64,000 nucleotides of DNA. Source: an uncultured Candidatus Rokubacteria bacterium (GTDB taxonomy: Bacteria; Methylomirabilota; Methylomirabilia; Rokubacteriales; DASRDR01). Shown one piece after another: positions 1 through 21,383 of the stretch; position 1 is the stretch's first letter; every line of letters begins with the position of its first letter. The stretch is from assembly GCA_963805625.1 (NCBI GenBank), contig CAWDVE010000021.1:128001-192000 (forward strand). The letters are read 5' to 3'. Below the pieces are notes generated by a model. The model did not search any database, was not told where the DNA came from, and saw only the letters and a program-made list of their open reading frames with translations. The position numbers and the translations under genes are program-made.

Positions 1-189
1 CTTCTTCCGCTTCGGCTCGAACCCGAGCTGGAGCGCGTCGTACCCGTCGGTCGCCTGGGTCTTCACCTGCACAACCGTGCAGGGTCCCGCCTCGAGCACC
101 GTCACGGGCACGATGTTCCCGTCCTCGGCGAACACCTGCGTCATGCCACGCTTGCGCGCGATCAGTCCCTGCTTCATTGCCTTGGCCAT
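1..189 (-). CDS. rplC: 50S ribosomal protein L3 (5' part, runs off window)
   Basis: Manual translation [53 protein letters not shown]; follows rpsJ; alternative start at 177. Confidence 0.95.
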   Translation of the reverse strand, partial: MAKAMKQGLIARKRGMTQVFAEDGNIVPVTVLEAGPCTVVQVKTQATDGYDALQLGFEPKRKK

Positions 190-207
190 GGTGGGCGTCC
201 CGTCTGG

Positions 208-525
208 CTAGAACTTGATCTCGACGTCGACGCCGGACGGCAGGTCGAGCTTGGTCAGAGCGTCCACCGTCTGCGGTGTCGGATCGAGGATGTCCAGGAG
301 CCGCTTGTGCGTCCGCATCTCGAACTGCTCGCGCGACTTCTTGTCCACGTGCGGCGAGCGGAGCACCGTCCAGCGGCTGATCGCCGTCGGCAGAAGCACG
401 GGACCGGCCACGCGGGCACCAGTGCGCCGCACGGTCTCGACGATCTCCTTGACGGACCGGTCCAGGAGGCGGTGGTCGTAAGCCCGCAGGCGAATCCGGA
501 TCTTCTGATCGGTCAGCAACACCAC
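208..525 (-). CDS. rpsJ: 30S ribosomal protein S10
   Basis: [35 protein letters not shown] motifs. Confidence 0.97.
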   Translation of the reverse strand: MVLLTDQKIRIRLRAYDHRLLDRSVKEIVETVRRTGARVAGPVLLPTAISRWTVLRSPHVDKKSREQFEMRTHKRLLDILDPTPQTVDALTKLDLPSGVDVEIKF

Positions 526-529
526 GGCG

Positions 530-1726
<1,197 letters not shown>

Positions 1727-1751
1727 TCGTCCGTCCTCCCGAGCCTCTCGC

Positions 1752-3860
1752 TCAGCGGGAGCCCGCGCGGGCGGGAGCTCGGCCGGCCACCTTGGCCATG
1801 ATTTCTTCGGCCAGGCTGGTCGGGATCTCCTCGTAGCGGGCGAACTGCATGGTGTACGTGGCGCGCCCCTGGGTAGCGGAGCGCAGATCGGTCGCGTATC
1901 CGAACATGGTGGCGAGCGGGACATTCGCGCGGATTACCTGCGAGGAGCCCCGGGCCTCCATGGAAGCGATCCGGCCGCGCCGCGACGCGAGGTCGCCGTG
2001 GACGGCGCCCATGTATTCCTCGGGCGTCACGACCTCGACCTGCATGATCGGCTCCAGGAGTACCGGGCTTGCCCGCTTCACCGCATCCTTGAACGCCATC
2101 GAGCCCGCGATCTTGAACGCCATCTCGGAGGAGTCGACGTCGTGGTACGAGCCGTCGACCAGCATCACCTGCACGTCGACGACCGGGTAGCCGGCGAGCA
2201 CGCCGCTCTCCAGCGCCTCCCGGATGCCCTTCTCCACGGCCGGAATGTACTCGCGCGGCACCGACCCGCCCACGATCTTGTTCTCGAACACGAACCCCTT
2301 GCCCGGTGCGGGCTCGACCTCGATCTCGACGTCGCCGTACTGGCCCCGGCCACCCGTCTGCCGCACGAACCGCCCCCGGGCCTCGGCCTTGCGGCGAATC
2401 GTCTCGCGGTAGGCCACCTCCGGCCGCCCGACGTTGGCCTCGACCTTGAACTCCCGCAGGAGCCGGTCGACGATGATCTCCAGGTGGAGCTCGCCCATCC
2501 CCGAGATGATCGTCTGGCCGGTCTCGGCGTCCACGGCAACCCGGAACGTTGGATCCTCGAGAGCCAAGCGGCCCATGGACAGGCTGAGCTTCTCGTCGTC
2601 GGCCTTGGTCTTCGGCTCGATCGCCACCGAGATCACGGGCTCCGGAAAGTCCATCCGCTCGAGCACGATCGGCCGGTTCCCGTCGCAGAGCGTGTCGCCG
2701 GTGCGCGCGAACTTGAGGCCGACCACGGCCGCGATGTCCCCCGCGCCCACGCCCTCGATCTCCTCGCGCTTGTTCGCGTGCATCCGGAGCAGGCGCCCGA
2801 TCCGCTCCTTCTTCTGCTGCGTCGAGTTGTAGACGTGCATGCCCGACGCGAGCGTCCCCGCGTAGACGCGGAGGAACGTGAGCTGGCCCACGAAGGGATC
2901 GTTCATCAGCTTGAACGCGAGCGCCGTGAACGGCTCGGCATCCGAAGCCAGCCGCGTCTCCGGCTCCATGGTCTCGGGGTTGATCCCCTGCATCGGTGGG
3001 ATGTCGAGCGGCGACGGCAGGTAGTCGACGACCGCGTCGAGGAGAGGCTGCACGCCCTTGTTCTTGAAGGACGCGCCGCAGATCACGGGCACGTGCTTCA
3101 TCGCCAGGGTGCCGACCCGGACCGCCGCCCGGAGGTCCGCGGGCTCGAGCTTCTTGTCCTCGAGGTACTGCTCCATCAGCTTCTCGTCGACCTCGGACAG
3201 GGCATCCAGGAGGTGCTCGCGGTACTCGCGCACCTGCGCCGCGTACTCGGCGGGGATCGGCACCCGCTCGAACTCCTGGCCCAGGCGGGCATCGTTCTCC
3301 GGCCACACCAGTGCGGTCTCCTCGATGAGGTCGATGATGCCCCGGAAGCCGTCCTCCGCCCCGAGGGGCAGCTGGAGCACCACCGGGGTCACGCCGAGGC
3401 GGCTGCGGATCATCTCCAGGGAGCGGAAGAAGTCGGCGCCGGTCCGGTCCATCTTGTTGACGTACACGATGCGCGGCACCCGGTACTTGTCCGCCTGCCG
3501 CCAGACCGTCTCCGTCTGGGGCTCGACCCCCGCCACCGCGTCCAGGATCGCGACCGCGCCGTCCAGCACGCGGAGCGAGCGCTCCACCTCCATTGTGAAG
3601 TCCACGTGGCCGGGAGTGTCGATGATGTTGATGCGGCAGTCGCGCCAGAAGCACGTCGTCGCGGCCGAGGTGATAGTGATGCCGCGCTCCTGCTCCTGGA
3701 CCATCCAGTCCATCGTGGCGGTCCCCTCGTGCACCTCGCCGATCTTGTACGACCGGCCGGTGTAATAGAGGATCCGCTCGGTGGTGGTGGTCTTCCCGGC
3801 ATCGATGTGCGCCATGATGCCGATGTTGCGCGTCCGATCCAGCGGAAACTGCCGTTCCAT
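1752..3860 (-). CDS. fusA: Elongation factor G
   Basis: [33 protein letters not shown]; start at MERQFPL. Confidence 0.97.
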   Translation of the reverse strand: MERQFPLDRTRNIGIMAHIDAGKTTTTERILYYTGRSYKIGEVHEGTATMDWMVQEQERGITITSAATTCFWRDCRINIIDTPGHVDFTMEVERSLRVLDGAVAILDAVAGVEPQTETVWRQADKYRVPRIVYVNKMDRTGADFFRSLEMIRSRLGVTPVVLQLPLGAEDGFRGIIDLIEETALVWPENDARLGQEFERVPIPAEYAAQVREYREHLLDALSEVDEKLMEQYLEDKKLEPADLRAAVRVGTLAMKHVPVICGASFKNKGVQPLLDAVVDYLPSPLDIPPMQGINPETMEPETRLASDAEPFTALAFKLMNDPFVGQLTFLRVYAGTLASGMHVYNSTQQKKERIGRLLRMHANKREEIEGVGAGDIAAVVGLKFARTGDTLCDGNRPIVLERMDFPEPVISVAIEPKTKADDEKLSLSMGRLALEDPTFRVAVDAETGQTIISGMGELHLEIIVDRLLREFKVEANVGRPEVAYRETIRRKAEARGRFVRQTGGRGQYGDVEIEVEPAPGKGFVFENKIVGGSVPREYIPAVEKGIREALESGVLAGYPVVDVQVMLVDGSYHDVDSSEMAFKIAGSMAFKDAVKRASPVLLEPIMQVEVVTPEEYMGAVHGDLASRRGRIASMEARGSSQVIRANVPLATMFGYATDLRSATQGRATYTMQFARYEEIPTSLAEEIMAKVAGRAPARAGSR

Positions 3861-3964
3861 CGACTCTTCCCGACCCTTCTCCTGGGCCGCCGCCGATGCC
3901 GACACCCGCGCCGCGGTCACGCGGACGGGGTGGAGGCGGGCGCGGCGGCCCGATCGTTACTTTG

Positions 3965-4435
3965 CTACCAGCGGTAGTGCGCGAACGCCTTGTTGGCCTC
4001 GGCCATGCGGTGGGTGTCCTCGCGCTTCTTTACGGCCGTCCCGCGGTTGTTGGCCGCGTCCAGGAGCTCCGCCGCCAGCCGCTCCTGCATGGTCTTCTCC
4101 GGCCGCGACCGCGCGAACCCGACGAGCCAGCGCATGGACAGGGACGTCCGTCGCTCCGGCCGCACCTCGACCGGCACCTGGTACGTGGAGCCTCCCACCC
4201 GGCGGGACTTCACCTCGAGGGCTGGCTTGACGTTGTCCACCGCCTGCTTGAACAGCTTGAGCGGATCCTGCTTCGCGCGATCGGCCATCAGGTCGAGCGC
4301 GTGGTACATGATCCCCTCGGAGAGGCTCCGCTTGCCTCCGTGCATCATGACGTTGATGAACTTCGCCACCAGGCGGCTCCCGTACTTGGGGTCGGGGTTG
4401 ACCTCCCGGCGCTGGATAATGGCCCGTCGCGGCAT
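3965..4435 (-). CDS. rpsG: 30S ribosomal protein S7
   Basis: MPRR..., [27 protein letters not shown]. Confidence 0.97.
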   Translation of the reverse strand: MPRRAIIQRREVNPDPKYGSRLVAKFINVMMHGGKRSLSEGIMYHALDLMADRAKQDPLKLFKQAVDNVKPALEVKSRRVGGSTYQVPVEVRPERRTSLSMRWLVGFARSRPEKTMQERLAAELLDAANNRGTAVKKREDTHRMAEANKAFAHYRW

Positions 4436-4450
4436 GGTCGAGGCTCCTGA

Positions 4451-4837
<387 letters not shown>

Positions 4838-4922
4838 CGGATCCCTTCCGTTACGGCTCGTTGACGGGTTTCCCGGGGACGGCGTCGCAGGGCACGGCCG
4901 ACACCAGGGCCAAAACTCCAGT

Positions 4923-4947
4923 TTTATAGCAATGATCGCCCATTCTG

Positions 4948-4951
<4 letters not shown>
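4923..4951 (-). promoter_or_regulatory. Sigma70-type promoter for the str operon
   Basis: TTGACA-17 nt-TATAAA with an upstream TG (extended -10); the -35 overlaps the rpoC TGA stop. Confidence 0.75.
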
Positions 4952-9171
<4,220 letters not shown>

Positions 9172-9307
9172 TCGCTCCTCCTTCATCGGGGGGAGTCCCC
9201 CCGCGCCGTCCAACGGGGACGGCCGCCGCCCCGGCGCACGCGCCGGGGATGCCCTTCCAACGACCCGCGCTTAGGGGCGACGGGCCGAGGTAGCCACGAC
9301 CTGCACG

Positions 9308-13321
<4,014 letters not shown>

Positions 13322-13488
13322 CTATCCCCTCAGCCCCGGTGTTCCGGGGTGCCCGGAGTCAATCTGCGCCCACTCCGTCCAGCCGACCCCGACGGCCGCC
13401 GCCCGCCCGCGGGGCGTTTCCCGGAGCGATGCAAGCCCGCCATACCCGCGGCGGGCTCGGTCCGGCGTGCGACCGTCGACACCGCGCC

Positions 13489-13878
13489 CTACTTGATCTC
13501 GACGGTGGCGCCGACCTCCTCGAGCTTCTTCTTCATGTCCTCGGCCTCGGCCTTCGACACCTTCTCCTTGACCGGCTTGGGGGCCTCGTCGACGACCGCC
13601 TTGGCCTCCTTGAGCCCGAGCCCCGTCAGCTCCCGCACGACCTTGATGACCTGGATCTTCTTCTCGCCGGCGCCCAGGAGGACCAGATCGAATTCGGTCT
13701 TTTCCTCTTCGGCCGCCGGGGCCGCCCCGCCCGGCATCCCCATCCCGGGCATCGCCGCCATCGCCATGGGCGCCGCCGCCGACACGCCCCACTTTTCCTG
13801 GAGGAGCTTGGACAGCTGGGCCGCCTCCAGAAGGGTCAACTGGTCCAGCTGCTCGGCCACCTGATCGACCTTCGTCAT
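13489..13878 (-). CDS. rplL: 50S ribosomal protein L7/L12
   Basis: [27 protein letters not shown]. Confidence 0.97.
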   Translation of the reverse strand: MTKVDQVAEQLDQLTLLEAAQLSKLLQEKWGVSAAAPMAMAAMPGMGMPGGAAPAAEEEKTEFDLVLLGAGEKKIQVIKVVRELTGLGLKEAKAVVDEAPKPVKEKVSKAEAEDMKKKLEEVGATVEIK

Positions 13879-13943
13879 CCTCTGTCCCCCTTGTCATCGG
13901 CGGAGCCCCGTAGGCTCCGTCCGCTCTCGTCCGATTCCGTCCG

Positions 13944-14480
13944 TCACGCGTCCTCGGCCGATTCGGTCGGGGCCTGCTTGCCCCGCTCGGCCAGGATGAA
14001 TGCGAGCTCCCGCTGCGGCGCCTGGAGAAGACCCACCAGCTGCGCCAGCGGTCCCTGGATCGCTCCCACGAGCTGCGACCGAAGGGCCTCCCGCGACGGC
14101 AGGTCCGCCACCGCCTTGAGTCCCTGGAGATCCAGGAGCTGCCCATCGACGACGCCCACGCGGAGCTGGAGCGCCGGGTTCGTCTTGGCGAACCCCTGGA
14201 GCGCCTTGGCCACGGCGGCCGGATCCTTCCGGGCGATCACGACACCGATCGGCCCGGTGAGGTGCGGCCGGAGCGAGGCCAATGGCGACCCCTCGATGGC
14301 GACACGCGCCAACCGGTTCTTGACGACGCGGTACTCCGCGGAGGCCACCTTGAGCTGCTTCCGAAGCTCCGAGATCTGATGGACCGTGAGACCCCGGTAC
14401 TCGGTCAAGACCGCCGCCGTGGCGCCGCCCAGCCGCTTCCGGAGCTGCTCGATCGTCCCTGCCTTCTCTGACGTGGGCAC
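13944..14480 (-). CDS. rplJ: 50S ribosomal protein L10
   Basis: EYRGLTV..LRKQL, VVKNRL, LADLPSRE-like motif; position between rplA and rplL. Confidence 0.95.
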   Translation of the reverse strand: MPTSEKAGTIEQLRKRLGGATAAVLTEYRGLTVHQISELRKQLKVASAEYRVVKNRLARVAIEGSPLASLRPHLTGPIGVVIARKDPAAVAKALQGFAKTNPALQLRVGVVDGQLLDLQGLKAVADLPSREALRSQLVGAIQGPLAQLVGLLQAPQRELAFILAERGKQAPTESAEDA

Positions 14481-14489
14481 GTTGACCTC

Positions 14490-15194
14490 CTACAGCTTGT
14501 ACTGACTGGCGATGCGCTGGACGTCCACGTGCACGCCGGGCCCCATCGTCGTCGACACCGTGATACTGCGCAGGTACTGCCCCTTCGCCGCCGCCGGCCT
14601 CGCCTTCACCAGCGCTTCGATGATCGCGCTGACGTTCACCGCCAGGTGCGCGGCCGCGAAGGACCGCTTGCCGACGGGCACCTGAACGTTGCCGGCCTTG
14701 TCCACCTTGAACTCGACCTTGCCGGCCTTGACTTCCCGGATGGCCCGGGCGACGTCGAACGTCACGGTCCCGACCTTGGGGTTCGGCATGAGCCCGCGGG
14801 GCCCCAGGACCTTCCCGAGCCGCCCCACCTGACCCATGAGGTCCGGCGTCGCAACCGCGGTGTCGAACTCGAGCCAGCCGCCCTGGATCTTCTCGACCAG
14901 GTCCTCGGCGCCGACGATGTCCGCGCCGGCCTCGCGCGCCTCGCGCTCTTTCTCGCCCTTCGCGAAGACGATCACGCGGACCGTCTTGCCGGTCCCGTGC
15001 GGGAGGAGCACCGCACCCCGAACCATCTGATCCGCATGCTTTGGGTTAACGCCGAGCCGCACGGCGAGCTCGACGGTTTCGTCGAACTTCGCGTGGGCCA
15101 CGCGCTTCGCGAGGTCCACGGCCTCCTCCACGGAGTAGGCCTTGTCCGCGTCGATCTGCGCGCTTGCCTTCGCGTACGCCTTCGCCACTGGCAT
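14490..15194 (-). CDS. rplA: 50S ribosomal protein L1
   Basis: [29 protein letters not shown]. Confidence 0.97.
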   Translation of the reverse strand: MPVAKAYAKASAQIDADKAYSVEEAVDLAKRVAHAKFDETVELAVRLGVNPKHADQMVRGAVLLPHGTGKTVRVIVFAKGEKEREAREAGADIVGAEDLVEKIQGGWLEFDTAVATPDLMGQVGRLGKVLGPRGLMPNPKVGTVTFDVARAIREVKAGKVEFKVDKAGNVQVPVGKRSFAAAHLAVNVSAIIEALVKARPAAAKGQYLRSITVSTTMGPGVHVDVQRIASQYKL

Positions 15195-15206
15195 GCGCCC
15201 GCCCTC

Positions 15207-15632
15207 CTAGCCCACGACCTCGATGCCCATGCTGCGTGCGGTCCCCTCGACGATGCGCATGGCCTGGTCCACGTTGTCCGTGTTCAGGTCGACCAGCTTC
15301 GTCTGCGCGATCTCGCGGACCTGGGCTCGGGTCACCTTCGCGATCTTGATCTTGAGGGGGTTCGCGGAGGCCTTCGCGATCCCGGCCGCCCGCTTGAGGA
15401 GCACCGCCGCCGGCGGCGTCTTCACCTCGAACGTGAACGAGCGGTCGGCGTAGATAGTGACGACCACCGGCAGGATCAGACCCTCCTGGCTCGCCGTCCG
15501 CGCGTTGAAACCCTTGCAGAACTCCATGATGTTGACGCCGTGCTGGCCGAGCGCCGGCCCGACCGGGGGCGCCGGATTGGCCTTCCCCGCCGGGATCTGG
15601 AGCTTGACGACGGCCTGGACCTTCTTCGCCAT
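15207..15632 (-). CDS. rplK: 50S ribosomal protein L11
   Basis: [38 protein letters not shown]. Confidence 0.97.
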   Translation of the reverse strand: MAKKVQAVVKLQIPAGKANPAPPVGPALGQHGVNIMEFCKGFNARTASQEGLILPVVVTIYADRSFTFEVKTPPAAVLLKRAAGIAKASANPLKIKIAKVTRAQVREIAQTKLVDLNTDNVDQAMRIVEGTARSMGIEVVG

Positions 15633-15718
15633 GGTGCGCTAGCCTCTCCCGGTTCCCACGCGCGCGCCGCCCATCAGCAAGCGCTTCCCTGCGCGCTCAA
15701 CCTGCCGGCGCGCGACAT

Positions 15719-16249
15719 CTATGCGCGCTCGACCTGGTAGTACTCGAGCTCCACTGGCGTCAGCCGCCCGAAGATCTGGACCATGACCTTCAGCTTGCCG
15801 CGCTCGGGGCTCATGTCCTCGATCATCCCGCTGAAGTTGACGAACGGCCCCTCGATCACCCGCACCTTGTCGCCTTTCTGGAAGACCGACTTGGGCTTCG
15901 GCTTCTCGGCGCCGAGTTCCATCTGGTGCAGGATGGCGTCGACCTCCTCGCGGGGCAGGGGCGACGGCCGCGCCCCCGAGCCCACGAACCCGGTCACCTT
16001 CGGCGTCGACTTGACGAGGTGCCAGGAGTCGTCGGTCATCTCCATCTCGACCAGCACGTAGCCCGGGAAGAACTTCTGGGGCGTGATTCGCTTCTGCCCC
16101 TTGCGCACCTCGACGACCTCCTCGGTCGGGATCACGACCTGGCTGATCGCCTCTTCCTGGCCAAAGATCTTGGCCCGCTGGCGGATCGCCTCCGCCACCT
16201 TGTTCTCGAACCCCGAGTACGTGTGCACGACGTACCAGTCTCTTGACAT
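15719..16249 (-). CDS. nusG: Transcription termination/antitermination factor NusG
   Basis: WYVVHTYSGFE, FFPGYVLV, KOW motif GDKVRVIEGPF. Confidence 0.97.
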   Translation of the reverse strand: MSRDWYVVHTYSGFENKVAEAIRQRAKIFGQEEAISQVVIPTEEVVEVRKGQKRITPQKFFPGYVLVEMEMTDDSWHLVKSTPKVTGFVGSGARPSPLPREEVDAILHQMELGAEKPKPKSVFQKGDKVRVIEGPFVNFSGMIEDMSPERGKLKVMVQIFGRLTPVELEYYQVERA

Positions 16250-16256
16250 GCGCACC

Positions 16257-16448
16257 TTACCGGAGGACCAATCGGACGATCCACGTCAGGGCGTGGTCCA
16301 CGACCGCGAGAAACGCGGCCAGGACGAGTACCATGACGATCACGACGCTCGTCGAGCCCGTCACTTCCTTGCGCGTCGGCCACGAGACCCGCCGGAACTC
16401 GATCAAGACGTCGTGGAAAAACTCCCGGACCTTCCTCAGCGCCTCCAT
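16257..16448 (-). CDS. secE: Preprotein translocase subunit SecE
   Basis: EFRRVSWPTRKE motif plus one TM helix; between tRNA-Trp and nusG. Confidence 0.93.
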   Translation of the reverse strand: MEALRKVREFFHDVLIEFRRVSWPTRKEVTGSTSVVIVMVLVLAAFLAVVDHALTWIVRLVLR

Positions 16449-16474
16449 CCCGTGTCTACGTGTCCCCGTCTTTG

Positions 16475-16551
16475 TGGCAGGGCAGGAGGGATTCGAACCC
16501 CCATCCCCCGGATTTGGAGTCCGGTGCTCTAGCCGTTAGAGCTACTGCCCT
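16475..16551 (-). tRNA. tRNA-Trp(CCA)
   Basis: AGGGCAGTAGCTCTAACGG...CTCCAAA...GGTTCGAATCC...GCCA; cloverleaf with encoded CCA. Confidence 0.95.
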
Positions 16552-16559
16552 GGCTCGGC

Positions 16560-16712
16560 CTACTTCGTTTCCTTGTGAGCGGTGTGCTTCCGGCACCACC
16601 GGCAGTACTTCTTGAGATCCAGCCGATCCGGATGCGTCCGCCGATTCTTCGTCTGGGTGTAGTTCCGCCGCTGGCAGTCACCGCACGCCAAGCTGATGAT
16701 CTCTCGGGGCAT
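16560..16712 (-). CDS. rpmG: 50S ribosomal protein L33 (Zn-binding form); not in ORF track
   Basis: [50 protein letters not shown], two CxxC motifs. Confidence 0.95.
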   Translation of the reverse strand: MPREIISLACGDCQRRNYTQTKNRRTHPDRLDLKKYCRWCRKHTAHKETK

Positions 16713-16730
16713 GGTGTCTTGGTCCTCCGC

Positions 16731-17927
<1,197 letters not shown>

Positions 17928-17977
17928 CTCTCTCTATCCTCCTCGAGCGGCGCTCACCCGGCGCCTGGCAAGAGGGC

Positions 17978-18053
17978 TGGAGCCCATGACCGGACTTGAA
18001 CCGGTGACCCCGTCCTTACCAAGGACGTGCTCTACCGACTGAGCTACATGGGC
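17978..18053 (-). tRNA. tRNA-Thr(GGT)
   Basis: GCCCATGTAGCTCAGTCGG...CTTGGTAAG...GGTTCAAGTCC...CCA. Confidence 0.95.
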
Positions 18054-18115
18054 CTCGATCACGTCCCAAGTCCAAGCGCGGCCGGCCCGGGGCCGACCCG
18101 CCGCCACACTGATCA

Positions 18116-18190
18116 TGGAGCGGGAAACGGGATTCGAACCCGCGACCCCCAGCTTGGAAGGCTGGCGCTCTACCGCTGAGCTATTCCCGC
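18116..18190 (-). tRNA. tRNA-Gly(TCC)
   Basis: GCGGGAATAGCTCAGCGG...CTTCCAA...GGTTCGAATCC...CCA. Confidence 0.95.
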
Positions 18191-18283
18191 GTCTCGGAGT
18201 CACACGTCGGCCGAAGACTCGCGGCCGGCCGCTCGACTCCGCTCTCGTTCCGTTCACCGCCCGATCGCACGTCGGCTCTACGA

Positions 18284-18369
18284 TGGTGGCGAGGGGAGGA
18301 TTTGAACCCCCGAAGGCGTTCGCCAGCAGATTTACAGTCTGCCCCCTTTGGCCACTTGGGTACCTCGCC
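18284..18369 (-). tRNA. tRNA-Tyr(GTA)
   Basis: GGCGAGGTACCCAAGTGG...CTGTAAA, long variable arm, GGTTCAAATCC...CCA. Confidence 0.95.
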
Positions 18370-18463
18370 ATTCGGACCGTGGACTCCAGTGGAACTCGCT
18401 CCGCCGGCAGACGGCCGGCGCTGGTTGCGAAAGTTATCCGGGGCCCGCCCGGTCTCCTCACGG

Positions 18464-18538
18464 TGGAGCTGGCGAAGGGAATCGAACCCCCGGCCTGCTG
18501 CTTACAAGGCAGCCGCTCTACCCCTGAGCTACGCCAGC
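18464..18538 (-). tRNA. tRNA-Thr(TGT)
   Basis: GCTGGCGTAGCTCAGGGG...GCTGC CTTGTAA GCAGC...GGTTCGATTCC...CCA. Confidence 0.93.
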
Positions 18539-18553
18539 AAGCGACAAAACTCC

Positions 18554-18582
18554 ATCCTATGTACCACTTCCCCCCGTGTCAA
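18554..18582 (-). promoter_or_regulatory. Sigma70-type promoter of the tRNA-tuf operon
   Basis: TTGACA-17 nt-TAGGAT, ending 15 nt upstream of the first tRNA, with AT-rich sequence upstream. Confidence 0.8.
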
Positions 18583-18590
18583 CCCAATTA

Positions 18591-19391
18591 TTACCGGCGG
18601 CGTCCAGGGGCGCCCCCGGCCCCCTCCTGGCGCTGTCGCCGGACCTCGTACAGGAGGGCCGCGCCGGCCGCGGCGACATTGAGCGACCCCACGTGCCCGG
18701 CCAGGGGAATCCTGACCAGCAGGTCGCACGTCCGGGCCACCAGGGGCCGGAGACCCCGCCCCTCGCTACCCAGGACCAGGACCACAGGCCCCCGGAGATC
18801 CGCCGCCCAGGGGGGCTGGACTCCCTCGGCGCCGCCGCCTTCGGCCATGGCTCCGACGATCCAGCACCCCTCCTGCTTCAAGCGTTCGAGCGCTTGGCCG
18901 AGGTTCCCGACCCGGGCGACCGAGAGGTATTCGAGGGCCCCGGCCGCCGCCCGGACCACATGCGGAGTCAGCCCGGCGGCCTGGTGCCGCGGCACCAGCA
19001 CCCCGTGGACCCCCAGGGCCTCCGCGGTTCGGAGGAGGTTCCCGACGTTTCCCGGGTCCTGGACCTGGTCTAGGGCCAGAAACAGGGCCGGCTCGCCCCG
19101 CTTCGCGGGAACGGTGAGCAGATCGTCCAATTCCGCATACTCCCGGGGGGCTACCCGGGCCACCACCCCCTGGTGGTGGGTGGTACCGGCCAAGCTTGTA
19201 AGGGCTGCCCGGGGCACCCGGCTCAGGCGCACGCCGCCCTGGCGCGCGAGAGCCAGGATGTCCGCGTGGCGGTCCCGCGCCTCGGCCTCGACCAGCACCT
19301 CCTCGATCGGCCGGGTCCGGCTCCGGAGGGCTTCCAGAACCGGGTGGCGGCCGGCGAGGATCAGGGACCGGTCCGCGCCTTCAGCTTCCAC
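18591..19391 (-). CDS. rlmB: 23S rRNA Gm2251 2'-O-methyltransferase (TrmH/SpoU family)
   Basis: GRHPVLEAL, HQGVVA, DQVQDPGNVGNLLRT, GSEGRG, SLNVAAA; start uncertain. Confidence 0.9.
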   Translation of the reverse strand: MEAEGADRSLILAGRHPVLEALRSRTRPIEEVLVEAEARDRHADILALARQGGVRLSRVPRAALTSLAGTTHHQGVVARVAPREYAELDDLLTVPAKRGEPALFLALDQVQDPGNVGNLLRTAEALGVHGVLVPRHQAAGLTPHVVRAAAGALEYLSVARVGNLGQALERLKQEGCWIVGAMAEGGGAEGVQPPWAADLRGPVVLVLGSEGRGLRPLVARTCDLLVRIPLAGHVGSLNVAAAGAALLYEVRRQRQEGAGGAPGRRR

Positions 19392-20830
19392 TTCGGGCCC
19401 GTCGGCGTGTCTTCGACGGCCACGCCCAGGGCGTCGAGCTCCGCCCGCAGGGCATCGGCCTGGGTCCAGTCTCGCCGCTCCCGGGCCAGCTTCCGCTTCT
19501 CCACGAGGTCATCGATGTAGGCGCGCCGCTCGGGCTCGAACACCTGGGCCCGCTCAGATCGGTGTCCCTTCATCGAGAGCCCCAGCACCTGGCCGAGATC
19601 GATCAGGACGTTCACCCCTGTCACGAAGTCCTGTCCGCCGTGGATTCCTGTCCGGACGCGCTCCCGCTCCTCCCCGAGGGCCGTCGCGAGGAGATTCAGG
19701 ACCCCAATGGCCTGGGGGGTGTTGAAGTCGTCGTCCATCGCCGTCTCGAACCGCTCGCGAAGAGCGGCAACCGTCGCCAAGAACGACCCGTCCGGGCTCG
19801 GCTCGGTGGGAACGAGCCTCCCCGCCTCATCGATCAGTTGTCGGAAACCCTCGAGATCGTCGACCAGCTCGCGGACCCGCTCGAGGGGGCGCCGCATCCC
19901 CGCGACCCCCTCTTCGGTGAACTCCACCGGATTCCGGTAGTGGGTCTGGAGCAGGTAGAGCCGGAGCGCCTCGGGGTCGTGCCGCTTCAGCAGGGCCTCG
20001 ATCGTCAGGGTATTCCCCAGCGACTTAGACATCTTCTCGGACCCGAGGTTCACGAAGCCGTTGTGCAGCCAGAATCGGGCGAACGGCTTCCCCGTGGCGG
20101 CCTCGGACTGGGCGATCTCGCACGAATGGTGCGGGAAGACCAGGTCCTCCCCCCCACCGTGCAGATCGAGCGTCTCGCCGAGATACTTCATCGCCATCGC
20201 CGAGCATTCGATGTGCCACCCCGGCCGGCCGGGGCCCCACGGGCTCGGCCAGGACGGCTCGCCGGGCTTGGCCGCCTTCCAGAGCGCGAAGTCCCGCGGG
20301 TCGCGCTTCCGCTCGTTCACGTCGACCCGGGCACCCGCGAGGAGCTCATCGAGATTCTTGCCCGACAGACGCCCGTACGCGGGGAACCTCGCAACCTCGA
20401 AGTACACGTCGCCGGCCACCGCGTAGGCCGCCCCGGCCGACACGAGCCGCACGATGAGCTCCACCATCCCAGGGATGTGTTCGGTCGCCCGCGGAGCCTT
20501 CGTGGGCGGCATGACGCCCAGCTTGGCCATGTCGTCCTCGTACGCCTGGATGTATCGCTGGGTCAGCTCCGCGATCGGGGCCTTCAGCTGGTTTGCCCGG
20601 GCGATGATCTTGTCGTCGACGTCGGTGTAGTTCTTGACGAACGTCACCCGGTATCCCCGGTAGCGGAGGTAGCGGGCGACCACGTCGAAGACGAGGGCGC
20701 TCCGGGCGTGCCCGATATGGGAGACGTCGTACGGCGTGACGCCGCAGACATACATCCCCACCTCACCCGGGACCAAGGGCGTGAAGGGCTCCTTCTGCCG
20801 GGTCAGCGTGTTGTAGATCCTGAGGCTCAC
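19361..20830 (-). CDS. cysS: Cysteine--tRNA ligase
   Basis: YVCGVT, HIGH, GRPGWHIECSAM, KMSKS. Confidence 0.97.
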   Translation of the reverse strand: MSLRIYNTLTRQKEPFTPLVPGEVGMYVCGVTPYDVSHIGHARSALVFDVVARYLRYRGYRVTFVKNYTDVDDKIIARANQLKAPIAELTQRYIQAYEDDMAKLGVMPPTKAPRATEHIPGMVELIVRLVSAGAAYAVAGDVYFEVARFPAYGRLSGKNLDELLAGARVDVNERKRDPRDFALWKAAKPGEPSWPSPWGPGRPGWHIECSAMAMKYLGETLDLHGGGEDLVFPHHSCEIAQSEAATGKPFARFWLHNGFVNLGSEKMSKSLGNTLTIEALLKRHDPEALRLYLLQTHYRNPVEFTEEGVAGMRRPLERVRELVDDLEGFRQLIDEAGRLVPTEPSPDGSFLATVAALRERFETAMDDDFNTPQAIGVLNLLATALGEERERVRTGIHGGQDFVTGVNVLIDLGQVLGLSMKGHRSERAQVFEPERRAYIDDLVEKRKLARERRDWTQADALRAELDALGVAVEDTPTGPKWKLKARTGP

Positions 20831-20903
20831 GGTGCCCCCCGCTCCGAGTCTTCCTGAGACGGGGCCCGCGGCCCGAGGGATTCAGGCTTGCCGGCCCCCT
20901 GGG

Positions 20904-21383
20904 TCACCCGGCGACCTCGACCAGCGCTACCGCCATCGCGGCGATGCCCTCGTGGCGCCCGAGGGCGCCGAGCTGCTCGGCGCGCTTGGCCTTGACGCTC
21001 ACCCGGTCGACCGCCAGGCCAAGCGTCTCCGCGAGCCGCGTCCGCATCGCGTCGAGCCAGCCTGCGAGCCGCGGGGCCTCCGCCACGACCGTCGCGTCCA
21101 CGTTCACGATGCGGCCGCCGTGGCTTCGCACCTGCTCCACCACCTCGCCCAGGAGTCGGAGGCTCGAGATCCCGCGGTACCGGGGATCCGAGTCGGGGAA
21201 GTGTTGCCCCAGGTCTCCGAGGGCGAGCGCGCCGAGGAGGGCGTCCGCCACCGCGTGGGTGAGCACGTCGGCGTCGGAGTGGCCCCTCGGGCCCCGCTCG
21301 GCCGGGACCTCGACCCCCCCCAGCACGAGGGGCCGGCCCTCGACGAGCGGGTGGACGTCGAACCCCAGGCCGACCCGTGTCAC
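20904..21383 (-). CDS. ispF: 2-C-methyl-D-erythritol 2,4-cyclodiphosphate synthase
   Basis: RVGLGFDVH, GHSDADVLTHA, GDLGQHFPD; GTG start overlaps the ispD TGA. Confidence 0.95.
   Translation of the reverse strand: MTRVGLGFDVHPLVEGRPLVLGGVEVPAERGPRGHSDADVLTHAVADALLGALALGDLGQHFPDSDPRYRGISSLRLLGEVVEQVRSHGGRIVNVDATVVAEAPRLAGWLDAMRTRLAETLGLAVDRVSVKAKRAEQLGALGRHEGIAAMAVALVEVAG

Noticed and set aside
13434-13457. rplL-rpoB hairpin (AGCCCGCC / GGCGGGCT) as an intrinsic terminator
   Set aside because: No U-tract follows; kept only as a possible pause or processing site
20831-20903. T-box leader upstream of cysS
   Set aside because: Spacer is only about 70 nt and has no T-box consensus
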